Origin: Macrostomum lignano
Lineage: Eukaryota
Length of the DNA: 64,000 nucleotides
Direction: 5' to 3'
Assembly (NCBI GenBank): GCA_002269645.1
Contig: NIVC01002068.1
Location: forward strand, 124,001 to 188,000
Under the pieces are notes generated by a model. It saw nothing but the letters and a program-made list of their open reading frames with translations. It made no database searches and was not told the origin of the DNA. The position numbers and the translations under genes are program-made. Each line of letters starts with the position of its first letter. Within the stretch, counting starts at the first letter, position 1. This document shows positions 44,581 to 60,780 of the stretch, piece by piece.

Positions 44581-45640
44581 CTAGTAAATTAGCTGCAATT
44601 TTGATTTGAGTATTTATTTGAGTCTCTATATGGGCTTTTGATTTCAAATTTAAGCTTTGCTTTCATGTAGCTGGGGCATGGGGAATAGGGGTTCTAAGGT
44701 GGGATGATTCTTCATGGGGATTGCTTTTATATACCTAAACTTGAATTGAGACATGGGTACCTATTGAAGAGATTAGGGGTACATAAAAGCTTACCCATAA
44801 AATGTAACTTGAATTTAAAATTACCCTATTTGAAGCCTACATAGAAAAAAAGTTAAGATCGTCTAATTCTCATTGACAGCATCAGCCCAGTGGCAAAAGT
44901 GGACTGGCGAATGTACATTATTGCTGAACCAATTAGCAAGTTGTTTACGCCTGCAAGCTTGGGCTTCTTAAACTTATCAAAGTCATTTCAGCCGCCTTTA
45001 TTTAAAAAAAATAGCTTATGTATTCTTCTTTGCTACTGAACTGAAAGTAGAAAGCTGTTTTACTAAGTATATATGCCTGAGTGGCCCATCTAGCCATTTT
45101 AGTATCTGTGGTCTGAATAGGTGTCCAGTGATGAAAGAAGCAGTTGCTTGTGTTGCTCGATCTCCGCAACCCCATGATGTCGTAGCGTAGAATGCACTGC
45201 TTTTCTATTTACGTTCGGCCATCGCAAAATATTCTCACCTCTCTCGACGTCTCTAAATTATTCGTCATTTGCCATATCTCTGTTTGTCTAATAAAATCTG
45301 TTATTTCCTTATGGTCTAAGAGGCCTGCACAATTGCATGCCAAACTTCTTAAATTGATCGCTTCACAGACCTCCTTTTGGACCATTGACAATGAAAAGCA
45401 AGTCTTCAATATCTTAATTCTAACTTGCTTGCTCCTAGACTAAACTGGCTCATATATAGATTACTCTTTTCATTATGTTTTTTTAAAGTTGTACAAAATT
45501 GAAACTAAGACAAATTCAATAAAACTGCGCAACTCTCTGAACTTTTTCGTGTATTTTACAGCTTTTCGGGAAAAATGTTCTTCCTCAGCTGATTGTCACA
45601 GTGAATCAGAGATGGAGTGCCTTCAGCTTGGTTTGATTCT

Positions 45641-45992
45641 TCAGCGGCCAAATCTGAAACAGAATCGAGGAATGTGTAACAGATGCTTATTATTTTGAAT
45701 AGCCACAGATTGTTCACCTCATCTGGCCGGACCATCGCAGGCTGTTGAGCAGGCTGGACATCAGCTTGGCTCGCTGCTCATCCGGGTTCTCCACCGTTCG
45801 TCGGTCCGGAGCTCGCATCAGTCGCTGCGGCGGCGGTGGAGGCGGCCGCGAAGCCAATGCCTCGTCCACGGTCTCTTCGACGTCCTTGAATTTGGCGTTG
45901 GTGGGTCTGGCTGAGGCCAGGTGCTGCGTCAGCAGGGCCCCGCCGAGAAGAACGGCCATCAGCAACGTGTACTGCCGAGCTGGGGTAGTCAT
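45641..45992 (-). CDS. NPY/NPF-like RFamide neuropeptide precursor; exons 45992-45718 and 45653-45641
   Basis: Signal peptide; a 64-bp GT-AG intron splits the Arg codon (AG|A) to give ...NPDEQRAKLMSSLLNSLRWSGQMRF-G-R*, with an amidation signal and the intron position typical of NPY/NPF genes. Confidence 0.8.
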
Positions 45993-47564
45993 ACTGCCTT
46001 GTTAGGGCTTATTAGCTTGCTGAATCGAGATTGACAGAATCCAACAGATGAGTCTCTGGACAGAATTAGAAGCAGACCCCAGCAGAGTCCTCAGTGCAGC
46101 TCAGTGAAATAGTCCCCATCCTAGCCAAAGTCATCATCGGCTCGAGTCACTCTGGCTCGCTCGGCCTATCGCTGCGGTTGGGGGTGAAAAACTTCCCAAT
46201 TGTGGTTTGTCTCGGCTAGCGAATACGATAAATGCAATTTCTCTTCGGCTTTATTTTTGGCATGAAAACTTATCCATCAGGAGGATAAAAACTGCCGAAT
46301 TAGAGTGGAAGCAGCGCATCATGTTTGGGAGAACAGCGAACGTGGAGCTTTGATGGAGGCAAATGGAAGTCCATTATCTCGGCCGCGCTCTATACTTAGC
46401 GCACCTGGTGCAGTGTGGGTGAGGAAAATCTTTCGCATTTCCAATATCTCTGAGTCAGTCAGCTTGTTTGTTTCCTCAGCTGGAATGGTTGGCAACCGGG
46501 GTAAGTGAAACAATTTGCCTGCTGAAGAAGCCAACAATTTTTTTATAGCTAGCTCCAGTTTCTTCTGGCAGAATCTTTAGTCTATTTTTAAGGGACAGAA
46601 CTGCCTTGCAATCGGCTGATGACGCAAAAAAAGATTAATGCAGAGGAATTATTGAAAATAAATTTTACCACGAAGCTTTAGCATGGAGCATTTTGGATCC
46701 ATACAAAGACTTGGTTGTACATTGTGCTGTACACTTCATACTTCTGTGCGGCCATCCGCTATGCATTTTTACTTACAAAAGTCAGCAAACAGACCCGTGT
46801 TCAAGGACTGCTGGCCATGGTAGGACGATATCGACGAGTGAATATTTTTAGTCAATTCAAGTCATACCACAGCAGGCAGACATCATACACTTGCCGGCCT
46901 GACTGACTCAGAAGTCAGTCTCTGTCAGTCTCAGAAGTCTCAGAAGTCAGTCTCCGCACGCAACTTATTTAATATTATTTAATTAAATATGAATAAAACA
47001 TGCAGTTCAAACTAATTGTTAAATTTCTAGGTGACATTTTAAACATCAACATCAACGACTTTCGTTATTTTTAAAAAGCTCTGCACGCATCTGTGATACT
47101 AAATTGCTATTTTCATTTCTAACCCGATGCAAGCGTGACGTATTGAACAAGTTAGCTGTATACATGTATATACTCGTAGCCCACAGATGCCTGGTTCTGA
47201 CTTGAGACGGAAAGGTGATGTAGAGCGACATAGTTCATCTTTGTCCCTCTCAGCCCTTTGTTCTGTCGCTAAATGTATATTTTAGTCATAGTATTAGCAT
47301 TTCTTGAAACTCTGCAGGAACGGAATAGTACAATTGTACCTCAATCTCAACGGTCAACGGTAAGTTATTTTAATGCTGCAGTGTAAGTCATTAAGCACGG
47401 CACACTGCCTTTTACGAGGTAAAATGTTTTTTATTGGTACCTGGTAACAAGTAACAAGGTAACAAGCAGGGAAATTGAAAAGTTCAAATAGTAGTGCTGC
47501 AATTTTTTGTTTAGCCGATTTGCGCTTGCTTTCTGATAATTTATTTAGTTTGAATCCTAAAAAA

Positions 47565-47852
47565 TTACAGCTTGATGCAGCTGAGAATCTGGATGGCGTT
47601 GCCGCCGCACTTGTTGGCCAGGCAGCCGGCCAGCTGGCTGATGTTGGTGCCGTGGGCGAAGTAGCAGGAGGCCAGGTTGGAGATCAGGCAGTTCACGGAG
47701 TCGATGCCATTCTGCTGCAGGCAGTTGGTGTCGATGCTGAGCACGGGAACGACCTCGTGAATGATGTCGTTCACGACCTCGTTCTTCTGCTCCGGAGTGT
47801 AGGCGGCGGCGGCGAAGGCCACGAGAGCGAACAGACAGACGAGCTTGTACAT
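47565..47852 (-). CDS. 95-aa secreted protein with six cysteines
   Basis: MYKLVCLFALVAFAAAA signal peptide, strong GC3 codon bias, six Cys in the mature region; no family recognised. Confidence 0.75.
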   Translation of the reverse strand: MYKLVCLFALVAFAAAAYTPEQKNEVVNDIIHEVVPVLSIDTNCLQQNGIDSVNCLISNLASCYFAHGTNISQLAGCLANKCGGNAIQILSCIKL

Positions 47853-48609
47853 GGCTGCTGAGCTGGGTGCTTTGGTTGCTGGCTTCTTGAGACTGGCTGC
47901 TGGGTTGAGTTGCTGATTGGGTCTCGGGCTCGGTCGCTGGGCTCTCATTTATGGTGCCGCTGGTGGCGCTGCAGGTGACGCGGTCTCGGCCTGTCAGAGC
48001 TGTCAGACCAAAACTTATAGATCTGCATAACTTTGATTTACTCAAACTTGTAAATGCTCACATTTTGTACGGACTGATAAGGATTCGAACAGGCTTCATG
48101 CCTTGGACAACTATTGCAAATCAATTTTTTGTTCCACAGAGACGCGCACTCCAAGCCTTTGTCGGGTACGCAACCGATTTTTCCCAAATCAATTACCGCC
48201 TTTCTGCTTTCTGGGTCATCCGGCTCTCACTGCATGGATACTGCGTGACTTGTGGCGAAAACTACGCACTTGAGGCATGCATGTTTATATGCGGAATTGT
48301 GGAAGGCTTGTTCATGGAGTTCCGCAAGGATACCCCTAATACACACTTTAACTCTCCTCATATGCTGACCCAAGGACCACTACATAGTAGTATAGAAGTC
48401 CTTGCACTGAACCCGTTACACAAATAACTCTGGTTGACTCGTTGTATGTCTTCGCTTGGCTAGATTTGGCCGAGACTTGACAGAATCGAAAAAAAATTAC
48501 AAAACTGAGCTTCTGATCCAGCTGTACCTGTGGCAAGCACGCAGCAAGAGAGCTACCACAGTCACTCTCGTGCGCCTCAGCGACTGAAACTAAAATTACT
48601 CGTAGATTT

Positions 48610-49752
48610 AGATGGACATTGAACCATCGGAATTGACTGTGGGAGGAGGCGGCAGATGGACATTGAACCATCGGAATTGACTGTGGGAGGAGGCGGCAGA
48701 TGGACATTGAACCATCGGAATTGACTGTGGAAGGAGGCGGCAGATGGACATTGAACCATCGGAATTGACTGTGGGAGGAGGCGGCAGATGGACATTGAAC
48801 CATCGGAATTGACTGTGGGAGGAGGCGGCAGATGGACATTGAACCATCGGAATTGACTGTGGAAGGAGGCGGCAGATGGACATTGAACCATCGGAATTGA
48901 CTGTGGGAGGAGGCCACAGATGGACATTGAGCTATCGGAATAGACTGTGGAAGGAGGCCACAGATGGACATTGAACCATCGGAATTGACTGTGGGAGGAG
49001 GCGGCAGATGGACATTGAACCATCGGAATTGACTGTGGAAGGAGGCGGCAGATGGACATTGAGGTATCGGAATCGACTGTGGAAGGAGGCGGCAGATGGA
49101 CATTGAACCATCGGAATTGACTGTGGAAGGAGGCGGCAGATGGACATTGAGGTATCGGAATCGACTGTGGAAGGAGGCGGCAGATGGACATTGAACCATC
49201 GGAATTGACTGTGGAAGGAGGCGGCAGATGGACATTGAACCATCGGAATTGACTGTGGAAGGAGGCGGCAGATGGACATTGAACCATCGGAATCGACTGT
49301 GGAAGGAGGCGGCAGATGGACATTGAGCTATCGGAATTGACTGTGGAAGGAGGCCACAGATGGACATTGAACCATCAGAATTGACTGTGGGAGGAGGCGG
49401 CAGATGGACATTGAACCATCGGAATTTACTGTGGAAGGAGGCGGCAGATGGACATTGAGGTATCGGAATCGACTGTGGAAGGAGGCGGCAGATGGACATT
49501 GAACCATCGGAATTGACTGTGGAAGGAGGCGGCAGATGGACATTGAGGCATCGGAATTGACTGTGGGAGGAGGCGGCAGATGGACATTGAGGCATCGGAA
49601 TTGACTGTGGGAGGAGGCGGCAGATGGACATTGAGGCATCGGAATTGACTGTGGAAGGAGGCGGCAGATGGACATTGAGGCATCGGAATTTACTGTGGAA
49701 GGAGGCGGCAGATGGACATTGAGGCATCGGAATTGACTGTGGGAGGAGGCGG
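48610..49752. repeat. 43/44-bp minisatellite (GATGGACATTGAACCATCGGAATTGACTGTGGAAGGAGGCGGCA) x~26
   Basis: Read directly. Confidence 0.97.
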
Positions 49753-50539
49753 TATGATAGCAATAATATCAGAGCATCAATAATTTGTCATTTTAAATCG
49801 CTTACATTCAGAAATAATCGTTATTGTGTCAATATAGCCAATAAAATTATTCAAACAGACTATCCCCATTATACTACTGACAGCAATAGGCCAGCTTAAT
49901 AATCTACCAAAAACGATAAACAAGCGGCTTAACTTTGCCATTGGCTCCCGCCTTCATTGGCCAGCGGCCTCTCTGCACTCAAAAGTGCTGCCCCCTTTTC
50001 TGCCGCAGCTCCGACTTCTCGACATCATGAGCGTTGTCGGAAACACGCGAAGTTCGGCTTGCTTCTGGTTGAGGATTCTTACTATAGGGATTCAATGAGC
50101 CAGCCGCATCAGGTGAGAAAACGGTAAAGCTATTTATATTATTACCTAGAACCAGCTATCAAGTATAATACTGTAGCCGGGTGATTGACAGGCTGCTTGA
50201 AACTGCTCGCATGGTAACCCGAGAGTCGCTTGGGAGTGAGTGACTTGCTACGGGCCCGACTCAAAGCTCAGCCCAGCCAAGCTTGTAGCAAGAGCTATAG
50301 CTGGCTTGAGTATACGCGCACCTCATCAGTGAAGTAGCGTCAGATATGTGGAGACCGCCATCCCCCCTAGCAACCAAACTCCTATAATTAATTAGCGGTC
50401 GGCAAAGCAAATCGAACTCGCCCCCCTCTTCGATATCCGCGGGTCCGTCTCGAGCTACTGTCGCTATTTCCGTTTCAGTTGAAAATCGAGGACAACATTC
50501 CTATCTTTTATCGTTCTTATTAAGTAGTCCTTGTTTGAA

Positions 50540-51568
50540 AATGGCCTCATCACCGAGGCTGCAGCTTGCTCAACCCCGCTGAGACGGTAGTTGAGCAGTC
50601 TCTGAGAAATGAAACTGGCCTCATCACCGAGACTGCAGCTTCCTCAACCCCGCTGAGACGGTAGTTGAGCAGTCTCTGAGAAATGAAACTTGCCTCATCA
50701 CTGAGGCTGCAGCCTCCTCAACCCCGCTGAGACGGTAGTTGAGCAGTCTCTGAGAAATGAAACTTGCCTCATCACCGAGGCTGCAGCTTGCTCAACCCCG
50801 CTGAGACGGTAGTTGAGCAGTCTCTGAGAAATGAAACTGGCCTCATCACCGAGACTGCAGCTTCCTCAACCCCGCTGAGACGGTAGTTGAGCAGTCTCTG
50901 AGAAATGAAACTTGCCTCATCACTGAGGCTGCAGCTTCCTCAACCCCGCTGACACGGTAGTTGAGCAGTCTCTGAGAAATGAAACTGGGCTCATCACCGA
51001 GGCTGCAGCTTCCTCAACCCCGCTGAGACGGTAGTTGAGCAGTCTCTGAGAAATGAAACTGGCCTCATCACCGAGACTGCAGCTTCCTCAACCCCGCTGA
51101 GACGGTAGTTGAGCAGTCTCTGAGAAATGAAACTGGGCTCATCACCGAGGCTGCAGCTTCCTCAACCCCGCTGAGACGGTAGTTGAGCAGTCTCTGAGAA
51201 ATGAAACTGGCCTCATCACCGAGACTGCAGCTTCCTCAACCCCGCTGAGACGGTAGTTGAGCAGTCTCTGAGAAATGAAACTGGGCTCATCACCGAGGCT
51301 GCAGCTTCCTCAACCCCGCTGAGACGGTAGTTGAGCAGTCTCTGAGAAATGAAACTGGCCTCATCACCGAGACTGCAGCTTCCTCAACCCCGCTGACACG
51401 GTAGTTGAGCAGTCTCTGAGAAATGAAACTGGGCTCATCACCGAGGCTGCAGCTTCCTCAACCCCGCTGAGACGGTAGTTGAGCAGTCTCTGAGAAATGA
51501 AACTGGCCTCATCACCGAGACTGCAGCTTCCTCAACCCCGCTGAGACGGTAGTTGAGCAGTCTCTGAG
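50540..51568. repeat. 74-bp tandem repeat x~14
   Basis: Unit GAAATGAAACTGGCCTCATCACCGAGACTGCAGCTTCCTCAACCCCGCTGAGACGGTAGTTGAGCAGTCTCTGA; period measured 50606 to 50680. Confidence 0.97.
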
Positions 51569-52152
51569 ATCAAAAAAGAAAGCAAGCAAAAACAAGATCA
51601 AGAGGCTGGGCGATCAAACCGGACGGTCTCCAGGGATCCATAGTGGCGGGATGCGCTGACACGATGCATACATCTTCTCTGACGGCCAGCCGCCCCGTCC
51701 CCACCCCCATCTTCCCCCAGTCTTGTGCTCCCGGAAACCTTCAGATCGGGAGGCAGGGGGAAGGCAGGGCCTGTGGAACTCTCAGAAGTCATTACCGGCG
51801 CTCTGCGTGGGGCGCCCGGCGCCGTGATAAATCTGATTGCTCTGGGGGAAGAGGCTGCGGGGGCGGTGCAGTTGAGAAGGAGGAACAAGCACTGGAGGGC
51901 CAATACATTCTTGGCTCAAATTTCAACTTGTTTCCTGCGAGAATGGCAAACGAAAAAACTTGTCAGCATGAGCTTGAAGAGCCACCTGCAGAACAGAGGC
52001 CTTTGCTGCCCATCTACTCCTGTTCCAGAGAAACCCAGCTGAGAGCATGACTAACGAAGTTCTGGCTACTGACTCGCATCATATAGAGAATTCACGACAT
52101 AAACTGGTGCAGATTAGACACGGTTTTTCTGAGCTTCTCACAGGGTTGGGAA

Positions 52153-54227
<2,075 letters not shown>

Positions 54228-55490
54228 AAGGAATTTTTTGGTCTATCCTGAGCATTGCATGCTTCCTCAACTAATTCAGCTCATCGCACTGGCCTGGCCG
54301 GACCCACCAAGATTTCCCCAGCAGCAAACAGAAGCAGTGCCAGCCTGTGCGGTGGCTGGTGCGGGACTTGAGACTATTGTTGTTGGAGCGGGCAAACCTC
54401 TTCTTGGTCAATAAGTTTCTCCTCTTTCCGCGCTCTGCCCCCCCAGCCACGGCCGCTGCCCTCCCAAGTCTAAAATTGAGTCCCCTTCTTCCTTATTTTC
54501 CATAATGCTATAAAATACAGCCGTCTCCAGCGCTCGCTCAGGTGCAGCACAGAGAAGGCAGCAAAAGTTTTTAAGTCGGCGATTTAATAACGCGCTCTAA
54601 TCAAGCGTTCGTCCCCCTCCCAGTCCCAGTAGCGCGGCAAGCTCAGCAGCTCCTCGGAGCAGAAATTCAATATCGGCCTCTTAAGATAGAGAGACGCTGA
54701 GAAGAAGAGAGAAGATCGGACAACGGATGGAAGAAGATTGATAAAAAAGTTCTTATTGTAGCTATATATAATAAAACCGGTGTAATATCCTTCGGCTGAG
54801 CGGCTCTGCTAGGGTTGAGGGGGGGGGATTTTTCCTCAAGATAACAAAAACGCGCAGACCTAATTCTGCGCTTCGCTGCCGACAAGCGGCCTACCTAATA
54901 TTTCATCATGAGCTGCCGGCCCTTCCATAACGGCGGGGAGGGGAGACACTTTTGAGGGAGAAAAGCGAGCTGGGGCCCGTCCGGTCCGGACTTTGCTGAG
55001 GCTTTTCATGAGCAGAGCCGGCCGTGTAGAGCGGGGACCGGGGCGGAACCCGGAGTCACCGCCGTGAACTTTTAGCTTGAAGGAATTCAATAGAAAGAAA
55101 TGGAAGTTTTAGTTGACTTTATAAGCGGGGATGCAAATAATAGCTGAAGCCTGAAAATAGCAGGATCCTGGCCATAGACTAGATTTTTAGTGCACCAGTT
55201 GCATTGACCAGCTTGGTTGTCGAGCTAGGCATGTAACTAACACCCTGTGGGACTGCTGGGCTCGTGTACGCATGATCTAAAATTGGCGAGCCGTTGTCAA
55301 GCAGGATCAATTCGTTCATCGCCTTATCTGACATAATTTTGCATTTTTTCTCTAAAAATTTGGAACACAAAAAAGTACTTTTATATATTTATTTTGCAGC
55401 TCGCCTACTAAAGAAGTCGCAACAGTGTCCGGATATGGGTGCAGCTGACACCCCAGACCGGAACTGAATCCGCCTCATCTCTTAGCGAAC

Positions 55491-55895
55491 ATGACCGCCT
55501 TGGACAGGCAAAGCTTCCTGCAAGCTCTGCAGTCGAACTCACCAGAGCAGGCTCAGCAGTCTGCCTCATCACTGCAGCCTCAGCTGAGCAGAGGCCGCAA
55601 TGTCAGCAGCTTCGGCAACCTGACCGGCCTCGAGAGCCTGACCAACTTCAGCCAGCAGATTGTCAATGCCACTCTGCTGACCAATTCAACGACCAATGAA
55701 CCGCTTGAAAGGCGGTACTGGGTGCTCGGCCTGCTGCTTTTCCCCTGCTTCACCATATTCGGCAACATCCTGGTGGTGATGGCGGTGTACAGGGAACGTA
55801 GTCTGCAGTCCGTCACCAACTACTTCATTGTGTCGCTGGCGTTTGCCGACATCCTTGTTGGAGCCATCGTGATGCCGATTTCTGTCTATGTTGAG
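55491..55895 (+). CDS. D2-like dopamine receptor (class A aminergic GPCR), first coding exon (N-terminus, TM1, TM2)
   Basis: [60 protein letters not shown]|gtgcg; N-glycosylation sites; the intron after VYVE matches D2-type genes. No downstream exons recognised in the window. Confidence 0.85.
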
Positions 55896-55922
55896 GTGCG
55901 ATGTTTATCGATAAATGAAAAA

Positions 55923-56437
<515 letters not shown>

Positions 56438-57210
56438 GTCGGCAACATCAATAAGAAAGAATTTAAATAGCTGACACTTGAATGGCACCCTCGCACGCGG
56501 AGGTCAAGCAGGAGACACTCGCAGCGCTCCGAACCATTGCAGTCAAATAGATTAAATTCTCGCTCGTAGAAAAGCGAGAGTTTAAGGCCAATTTGAATCC
56601 AGGAGGAGAAAGGAGACCGGGAGAGTGGCGGGACGCCACCCATTCAAATGAGCGGCAGGCAGCAGTTGGGATGCAAAGCAGCGTGAGGGAAGAGGCCTCT
56701 GGGATTTTCTTGCTCAGATGAAAATTGCTTTCTTTATTCTAGCAGGACGCTCACCCGATCCTGCCACTCTCCCTGCCATGTCTCCCAGCAGGCGCTCCAC
56801 AGTCCAGTCCCTCTGTGTCCCTCCGTTCACAAGCCTAGGGAAACAATGGCCGCTGCGCGCTGGGCAAACAGGACTGGAAGGGCCATGCGGGAGCAGAGAT
56901 TTTGCTGTTCTGCTGCTGTGTTTTCTGGGCCTCCCATCCATGCCAGCCGGGGGCTTTTAGCCGGCGGTCGGTCGATTGATATTGATACGGCGGGCTCAGG
57001 GCCTGGCTATGAGGCAGAGCTCCCCCACCCGGAGCCGCCCCCGGGGTTAAAGCACTTTTGCACCAACAAATCTGATTACATGCGGTTAGATACGCATTCT
57101 GCAGCCTTTACTCATGTCTGTGTCCCTCTCTACCAGATCTCCCTCCCGCTATCGTCCCCTGCCCAGCGATTTCGTCTCTGGAATTTGCGTGTCTGCAAGC
57201 TGGTGGGGGT

Positions 57211-58980
57211 GGCAGAGATGGGGGAGATGCAGAGATGCGGGAGATGCAGAGATGGGGGAGATGCAGAGATGGGGAGATGCAGAGATGAGGGAGATGAAAG
57301 AGATGGGAGAGATGCAGAGATGGGGGACATGCAGAGATGGGGGACATGCAGAGATGGGGGACATGCAGAGATGGGGGAGATGCAGAGATGGGGGACATGC
57401 AGAGATGGGGGACATGCAGAGATGGGGGACATGCAGAGATGGGGGACATGCAGAGATGAGGGAGATGCAGAGATGGGGGAGATGCAGAGATGGGGGAGAT
57501 GCAGAGATGGGGGAGATGAAAGAGATGGGAGAGATGCAGAGATGGGGGAGATGCAGAGATGGGGGACATGCAGAGATGGGGGAGATGCAGAGATGGGGGA
57601 GATGCAGAGATGGGGGAGATGCAGAGATGGGGGAGATGCAGAGATGGGGGAGATGCAGAGATGGGGGAGATGCAGAGATAGGGGAGATGCAGAGATGGGG
57701 AGATGGCAGAGATGGGGGAGATGCAGAGATGGGGGAGATGCAGAGATGGGGGAGATGGCAGAGATGGGGGAGATGCAGAGATGGGGGAGATGCAGAGATG
57801 GGGGAGATGCAGAGATGGGGGAGATGCAGAGATGGGGAGATGCAGAGATGGGGGAGATGCAGAGATGGGGGAGATGCAGAGATGGGGGAGATGCAGAGAT
57901 GGGGGAGATGCAGAGATAGGGGAGATGCAGAGATGGGGGAGATGGCAGAGATGGGAAAGATGCAGAGATGGGGGAGATGCAGAGATGGGGGAGATGCAGA
58001 GATGGGGGAGATGCAGAGATGGGGGAGATGGCAGAGATGGGGGAGATGCAGAGATGGGGGAGATGGCAGAGATAGGGGGATGCAGAGATGGGGGAGATGC
58101 AGAGATGGGGGAGATGGCAGAGATGGGGGAGATGCAGAGATGGGGGAGATGCAGAGATGGGGGAGATGCAGAGATGGGGGAGATGCAGAGATGGGGGAGA
58201 TGCAGAGATGGGGGAGATGCAGAGATGGGGGACATGCAGAGATGGGGGAGATGCAGAGATGGGGGAGATGCAGAGATGGGGGAGATGCAGAGATGGGGGA
58301 GATGCAGAGATGGGGGAGATGCAGAGATGGGGAAGATGCAGAGATGGTGAAGATGGCAGAGAGGGTGAGATGAAAGAGATGGGGGAGATGCAGAGATGGG
58401 GGAGATGCAGAGATGGGGGAGATGCAGAGATGGGGGAGATGCAGAGATAGGGGAGATGCAGAGATGGGGGAGATGCAGAGATGGGGGAGATGCAGAGATG
58501 GGGGAGATGGCAGAGATGGGGGAGATGCAGAGATGGGGAGATGGCAGAGATGGGGGAGATGCAGAGATTGGGGAGATGCAGAGATGGGGGAGATGCAGAG
58601 ATTGGGGAGATGCAGAGATGGGGGAGATGCAGAGATAGGGGAGATGCAGAGATGGGGGAGATGGCAGAGATGGGGGAGATGGCAGAGATGGGGAGATGGC
58701 TGAGATGGGGGAGACGGCAGAGATGGGGGAGATGCAGAGATGGGGGAGATGGCTGAGATGGGGGAGACGGCAGAGATGGGGGAGATGCAGAGATGGGGGA
58801 GATGCAGAGATGGGGGAGATGGCAGAGATGGGGGAGATGGCAGAGATGGGGGAGATGGCTGAGATGGGGGAGATGGCAGAGATGGGGGAGATGGCAGAGA
58901 TGGGGGAGATGGCTGAGATGGGGGAGACGGCAGAGATGGAGAGATGCAGAGATGGGGGATGGGAAAGATGGGGAGATGAG
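57211..58980. repeat. G-rich 17/18-bp minisatellite (GAGATGGGGGAGATGCA and variants)
   Basis: Read directly. Confidence 0.96.
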
Positions 58981-60780
58981 GATATGTAGTCATTTTGCAG
59001 TCAGGGAGGTGGCAAGCATTCATGCCCATTCCGCTGGCCCCTGAGCACACACAGGCTCACGGATGCGTACGCACAGGTTTACAACGGCCCCGACTCTCCT
59101 ATCGTTAGCATTGTTAAGCCTCGATAGCGATGAAGGATAGAAGTTGGGCTGAAGAGTAGATAAATTGCCTATAAGTTGAAGCGGAGGCAGATTGGGTCGC
59201 GTCTTAAGAGGGATGAGACAGGCCAGTCTCTGTGACATTGTGGCGACTTCATTCGGGCGCCGTCCTCCAGCCTCCAAGACTCCGCGCTGATGCGCGCAGC
59301 AGCTTCCGGTCTGGTTGGCTGCAGAACCAGCTTCATCTCTCCCCCAGACTCCCGCCCTCATCCATTCCGCGCCAGGGTTTATTAAAACGCACCCTTGCAC
59401 AAGCCCGTCAAGAGCCTGAAGTTCTACCTTGCAGCTCCACCTGCAAGCTCAGCTGCCGACTTCCGGATGAAGCACAATATATAATGATGAAGATGGGCCA
59501 TTCAGCTGCTCTACGGCAGGCTATTATTCAAGCAGTGGGCCTGTCAGAGGAATAATGAGAACGAAGCGGACGAGCGATAGAGCCAGTAATGAATCTTTAT
59601 TTTTTATTTATTCTCAAGCAAGTGAAATTCTGGAACCGCCTGGACTGCGTGGGGGAATTTCTGGGATCGTGCGGGCAGAACTGGAAGGGGCAGAGGAGGC
59701 TGGGGAGGGAGTCCGGCGACACGGAACTGGTTAAATGACGTCGTTAGATATATTTGGGGGGTCCGGGGGGGGGGACAAGAAGCGGCGAGAAAAAGAGAAA
59801 ACGAGGCCCTGCCCAATGCCCGAGATATCCCGCCCCCGGGGGCCGCTCAAATGAGATTTGTCCTCCCCCATGGTCGAGAAGTGGGAGATCTCGATGCTAT
59901 TAGCCGCTGGGCCGGGGCGCGCACTGCCGAGTGAGTTTACATACATACACAGTTTTCCCAAACTGGCGGCGGATTACAGCGATTTTTTTCATCAGAGGAG
60001 TCCGCAGTCAGTACCTCGCAGGGAAATAAGGAAATCCATTAGGCCAGAGCTGCCTGCACTCTGGGTCCCCCCGGCTTCCTGCGGGAGCTGCTCGCGGGAT
60101 CCTTCCACTTGGGAGCTGTACGAAGATTACTCAAATTCCCGCACTCTGCCGCTGATCTGCTGTTAATCCCCGCTAAACCCTTCGGCTCAGACCTGGGGTC
60201 AAGTATCCAGCTGTGCTGCGGTGGAACTCTCCATGACGTCACTGGGTAGCGGACGGTCGATCGTGCTGCCATGCTGCCGCAACTCAAGGTGTACAGTCCA
60301 TTCCGCTGTAGGCAGCGCATAGGGGAGGTGACCGCCGAGGCTTGAAGATCGATTGAAGATGAAGAAGGAAGAGACTCCGCAAATTTGGGGCCCCAGGTGG
60401 CCACCGACCCAGGCCAGCTCGTTGCCAAGATGTGTATTTGCCTTGAAGCACATCAAGAACTTGCCCTTTCTGGGCAAGATAGGCGAGGACGACAGAATCC
60501 TCTCGATGATTGCCGAACAGAAATACAACAGATTTTGAAGAATTTGATTTTGCTTAAAAGTTGAATATGTTTTTTTATAAATGACACACGTTTTATTGGA
60601 ACAGGGGCACGCAAGTTCAATAAAGTTTTAAGAAATGATAATTGGCGTGTGTTAAAAATCGTTAAAAAGATGGAAACTGATGTTATTTAAACAAATAGCA
60701 AGAGTAAGTTTTTTAAACAGAATATCGTGCAACTCAGTGAAATCCAGTCAGGAGTAAAAAATATGATGACAATGTAGGTT

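Noticed and set aside
48610-51568. CRISPR-like appearance of the 44- and 74-bp arrays
   Set aside because: No unique spacers, no cas genes, eukaryotic context.
56846-59050. Long [13 protein letters not shown] / [10 protein letters not shown] ORFs
   Set aside because: Minisatellite translations open in several frames on both strands.
59020-60540. GC-richer stretch with short ORFs; possible further GPCR exons
   Set aside because: No TM3-TM7 motifs (e.g. DRY) or other recognisable domain; frames contain stops.
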